Assembly: GCA_963977445.1 (NCBI GenBank)
Contig: CAXBPH010000021.1
Location: 1 to 42,092 of the forward strand
Length of the DNA: 42,092 nt
Source: an uncultured bacterium
Lineage (GTDB): Bacteria > Hydrogenedentota > Hydrogenedentia > Hydrogenedentales > JAEUWI01
Direction of reading: 5' to 3'
Each line of letters begins with the position of its first letter. Position 1 is the stretch's first letter. The notes beneath the pieces are model-generated. The model had not been told where the DNA came from, searched no databases, and saw only the letters and a program-made list of their open reading frames with translations. Of this stretch, positions 40,968 through 42,092 are shown in pieces. Made by a program: the position numbers and the translations under genes.

Positions 40968-41180
40968 ATGGCGCGGGCTTTCGGCCCTTAGGCGTGGCAT
41001 AGCTCGTGTTCATGGGGCGATGCCCCATGCTGTTATGGGACCAGGCCGTTGGCCCTTCAGGACGCTGCCCGCACAGTGTGAAATACGTTTTTAGCGCCAA
41101 AGGCGTGTTACATACCAGCCTGGGCCAACGGCCCAGGAAAATGGAACCGAGCTATTTACAGGGCTGAAAGTCCGGGCCAT
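40968..41180. repeat. 213-bp palindromic REP-like doublet (three small hairpins per arm)
   Basis: Terminal inverted repeat 40968-40988/41160-41180. Hairpins include CATGGGGC-GAT-GCCCCATG and CCTGGGCC-AAC-GGCCCAGG. Confidence 0.85.
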
Positions 41181-41183
41181 GCT

Positions 41184-41333
41184 TTGAACGAGGACAGTAG
41201 AAATTGGGTACCACCGTAGCTCGGCCCACCGAAAATCATACAATGAAACAAAGCCACCGCCAGATCATCCATTAATCCACCCCACCATCGACGCCCAAGA
41301 CACCCGAACCGGGAATACCGGATCGGGTGGCAC
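41184..41333 (+). repeat. Nested-stem dispersed element, copy 3 (3' half)
   Basis: GCCCAAGACACCCGAACCGGGAATACCGGATCGGGTGGCAC at 41293-41333 and CACCGTAGC near 41212. Confidence 0.8.
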
Positions 41334-41495
41334 CCCGGCGTCCACACTGTTCAGCAAAAGAGAAACGAAGTCTACATCGGTCGATTTCAATACGATTGCC
41401 CTCTTACCTCCCCTTTTCGGCTGTCCTGGGCGGGCCGCGACGTGCTATCATTGCGCTTCCATTCCCCAAAAAATAACCGCTGGAGAAGCATTTCC

Positions 41496-41942
41496 ATGAG
41501 TATCAAAGACGACGTACAGCAGGCCATCAAAGAGGCCATGAAAAATAGAGATCAGTTGCGCCTGGAATGCCTTCGCATGGCCAAGGCAGCCCTGCTGCTC
41601 AAGGAGAAGGCAGGGTCCAAGGACGACGCCCTCTCCGATGAGGACGCCATCACCACCTTGCGCGCCGAGGCCAAGAAACGCCAGCAGAGCATCGAAACCT
41701 ATGCGGAACTCGGCAAAATGGAAGAAGTCGAGAACCTCAAGGTGGAGGTTTCCGTATTGGAAAGCTTTCTCCCCCAACAGCTTTCCGAGGAGCAGGTAAA
41801 AGAACGGGTAATGGCCTACCTCGCCGCGAACCCCGACGTAAACCACCCCGGCAAGCTTACGGGTGCCATCAAGAAGGAATTGGGTGATCTGGTAGACGGC
41901 AAAGTGCTGAACGCCGTATGTCGCGCCGCCCTCGAAGGCTGA
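41496..41942 (+). CDS. yqeY: GatB/YqeY domain protein
   Basis: MSIKD..Q.AIKEAMK.RD, KKRQQSIE.Y, FLPQQLSEE and G.VDGK. Confidence 0.92.
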   Translation: MSIKDDVQQAIKEAMKNRDQLRLECLRMAKAALLLKEKAGSKDDALSDEDAITTLRAEAKKRQQSIETYAELGKMEEVENLKVEVSVLESFLPQQLSEEQVKERVMAYLAANPDVNHPGKLTGAIKKELGDLVDGKVLNAVCRAALEG

Positions 41943-41966
41943 ATACGGTCAACATACCCCCCCCGT

Positions 41967-42005
41967 TACCCTGGAACACTCATTGGTATTCCAGGGTATT
42001 TTTTT
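41967..42005 (+). terminator. Rho-independent terminator
   Basis: TACCCTGGAA/TTCCAGGGTA stem followed by T7. Confidence 0.85.
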
Positions 42006-42092
42006 GGTTCATGAGCAATTAGTGGGAATGATTTATTCGACATTTCAATTGCAGGAGTTATAAGGATGGATCGATGGGTTCTTGCGAATCCT
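42006..42092 (+). mobile_element. Probable IS end (ISL3-like), truncated by the window edge
   Basis: Begins GGTTCATGAGCAATTAGTGGG immediately after the terminator T tract. Inverted homologue of 2-56. Confidence 0.5.

Noticed and set aside
1..42092. Linear plasmid, phage or giant transposon with terminal inverted repeats
   Set aside because: The content is chromosomal housekeeping with no replication, capsid or transposase genes. The repeats face outward and are only 87% identical.
42006..42092. Group IIC intron inserted after a terminator
   Set aside because: The sequence starts GGTTC rather than the GTGYG 5' intron consensus.

Overview
This is GC-rich bacterial chromosomal DNA. The DUF1559 prepilin-type proteins with [14 protein letters not shown] blocks, a PVC-type heme-c dehydrogenase and a PEP-CTERM protein suggest Candidatus Hydrogenedentota or a PVC-like lineage (inference). 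About 26 genes are supported: an esterase, a CHASE4 hybrid histidine kinase, a polytopic membrane protein, a YfbK-like vWA protein, addA/addB, an XPB helicase, an nfeD-orf-nfeD-floA-yqfB-like operon, two DUF1559 paralogues, recO-lepA-lepB-lepB2, hemW, a DUF1080/PVC dehydrogenase, a PEP-CTERM protein, a double alpha/beta hydrolase, an AlgX/AlgJ-like SGNH protein, a nucleotidyltransferase, a stand-alone sigma-70 region-4 protein and yqeY. I saw no rRNA, tRNA, CRISPR array, transposase or reverse transcriptase. The most notable signals are mostly non-coding. (1) A dispersed ~270-290-bp nested-stem element (GTGCCACCCGATC...GATCGGGTGGCAC) occurs 3-4 times, all on the same strand. (2) The two DUF1559 genes share a promoter and a ~170-nt leader architecture. 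(3) The window ends are inverted copies of a 55-bp ISL3-like end. (4) There are two tandem arrays of long hairpins. Coding oddities include a signal peptidase with a second, apparently dead S26 domain, an A10 tract at a domain junction, and a probable ATT start codon.
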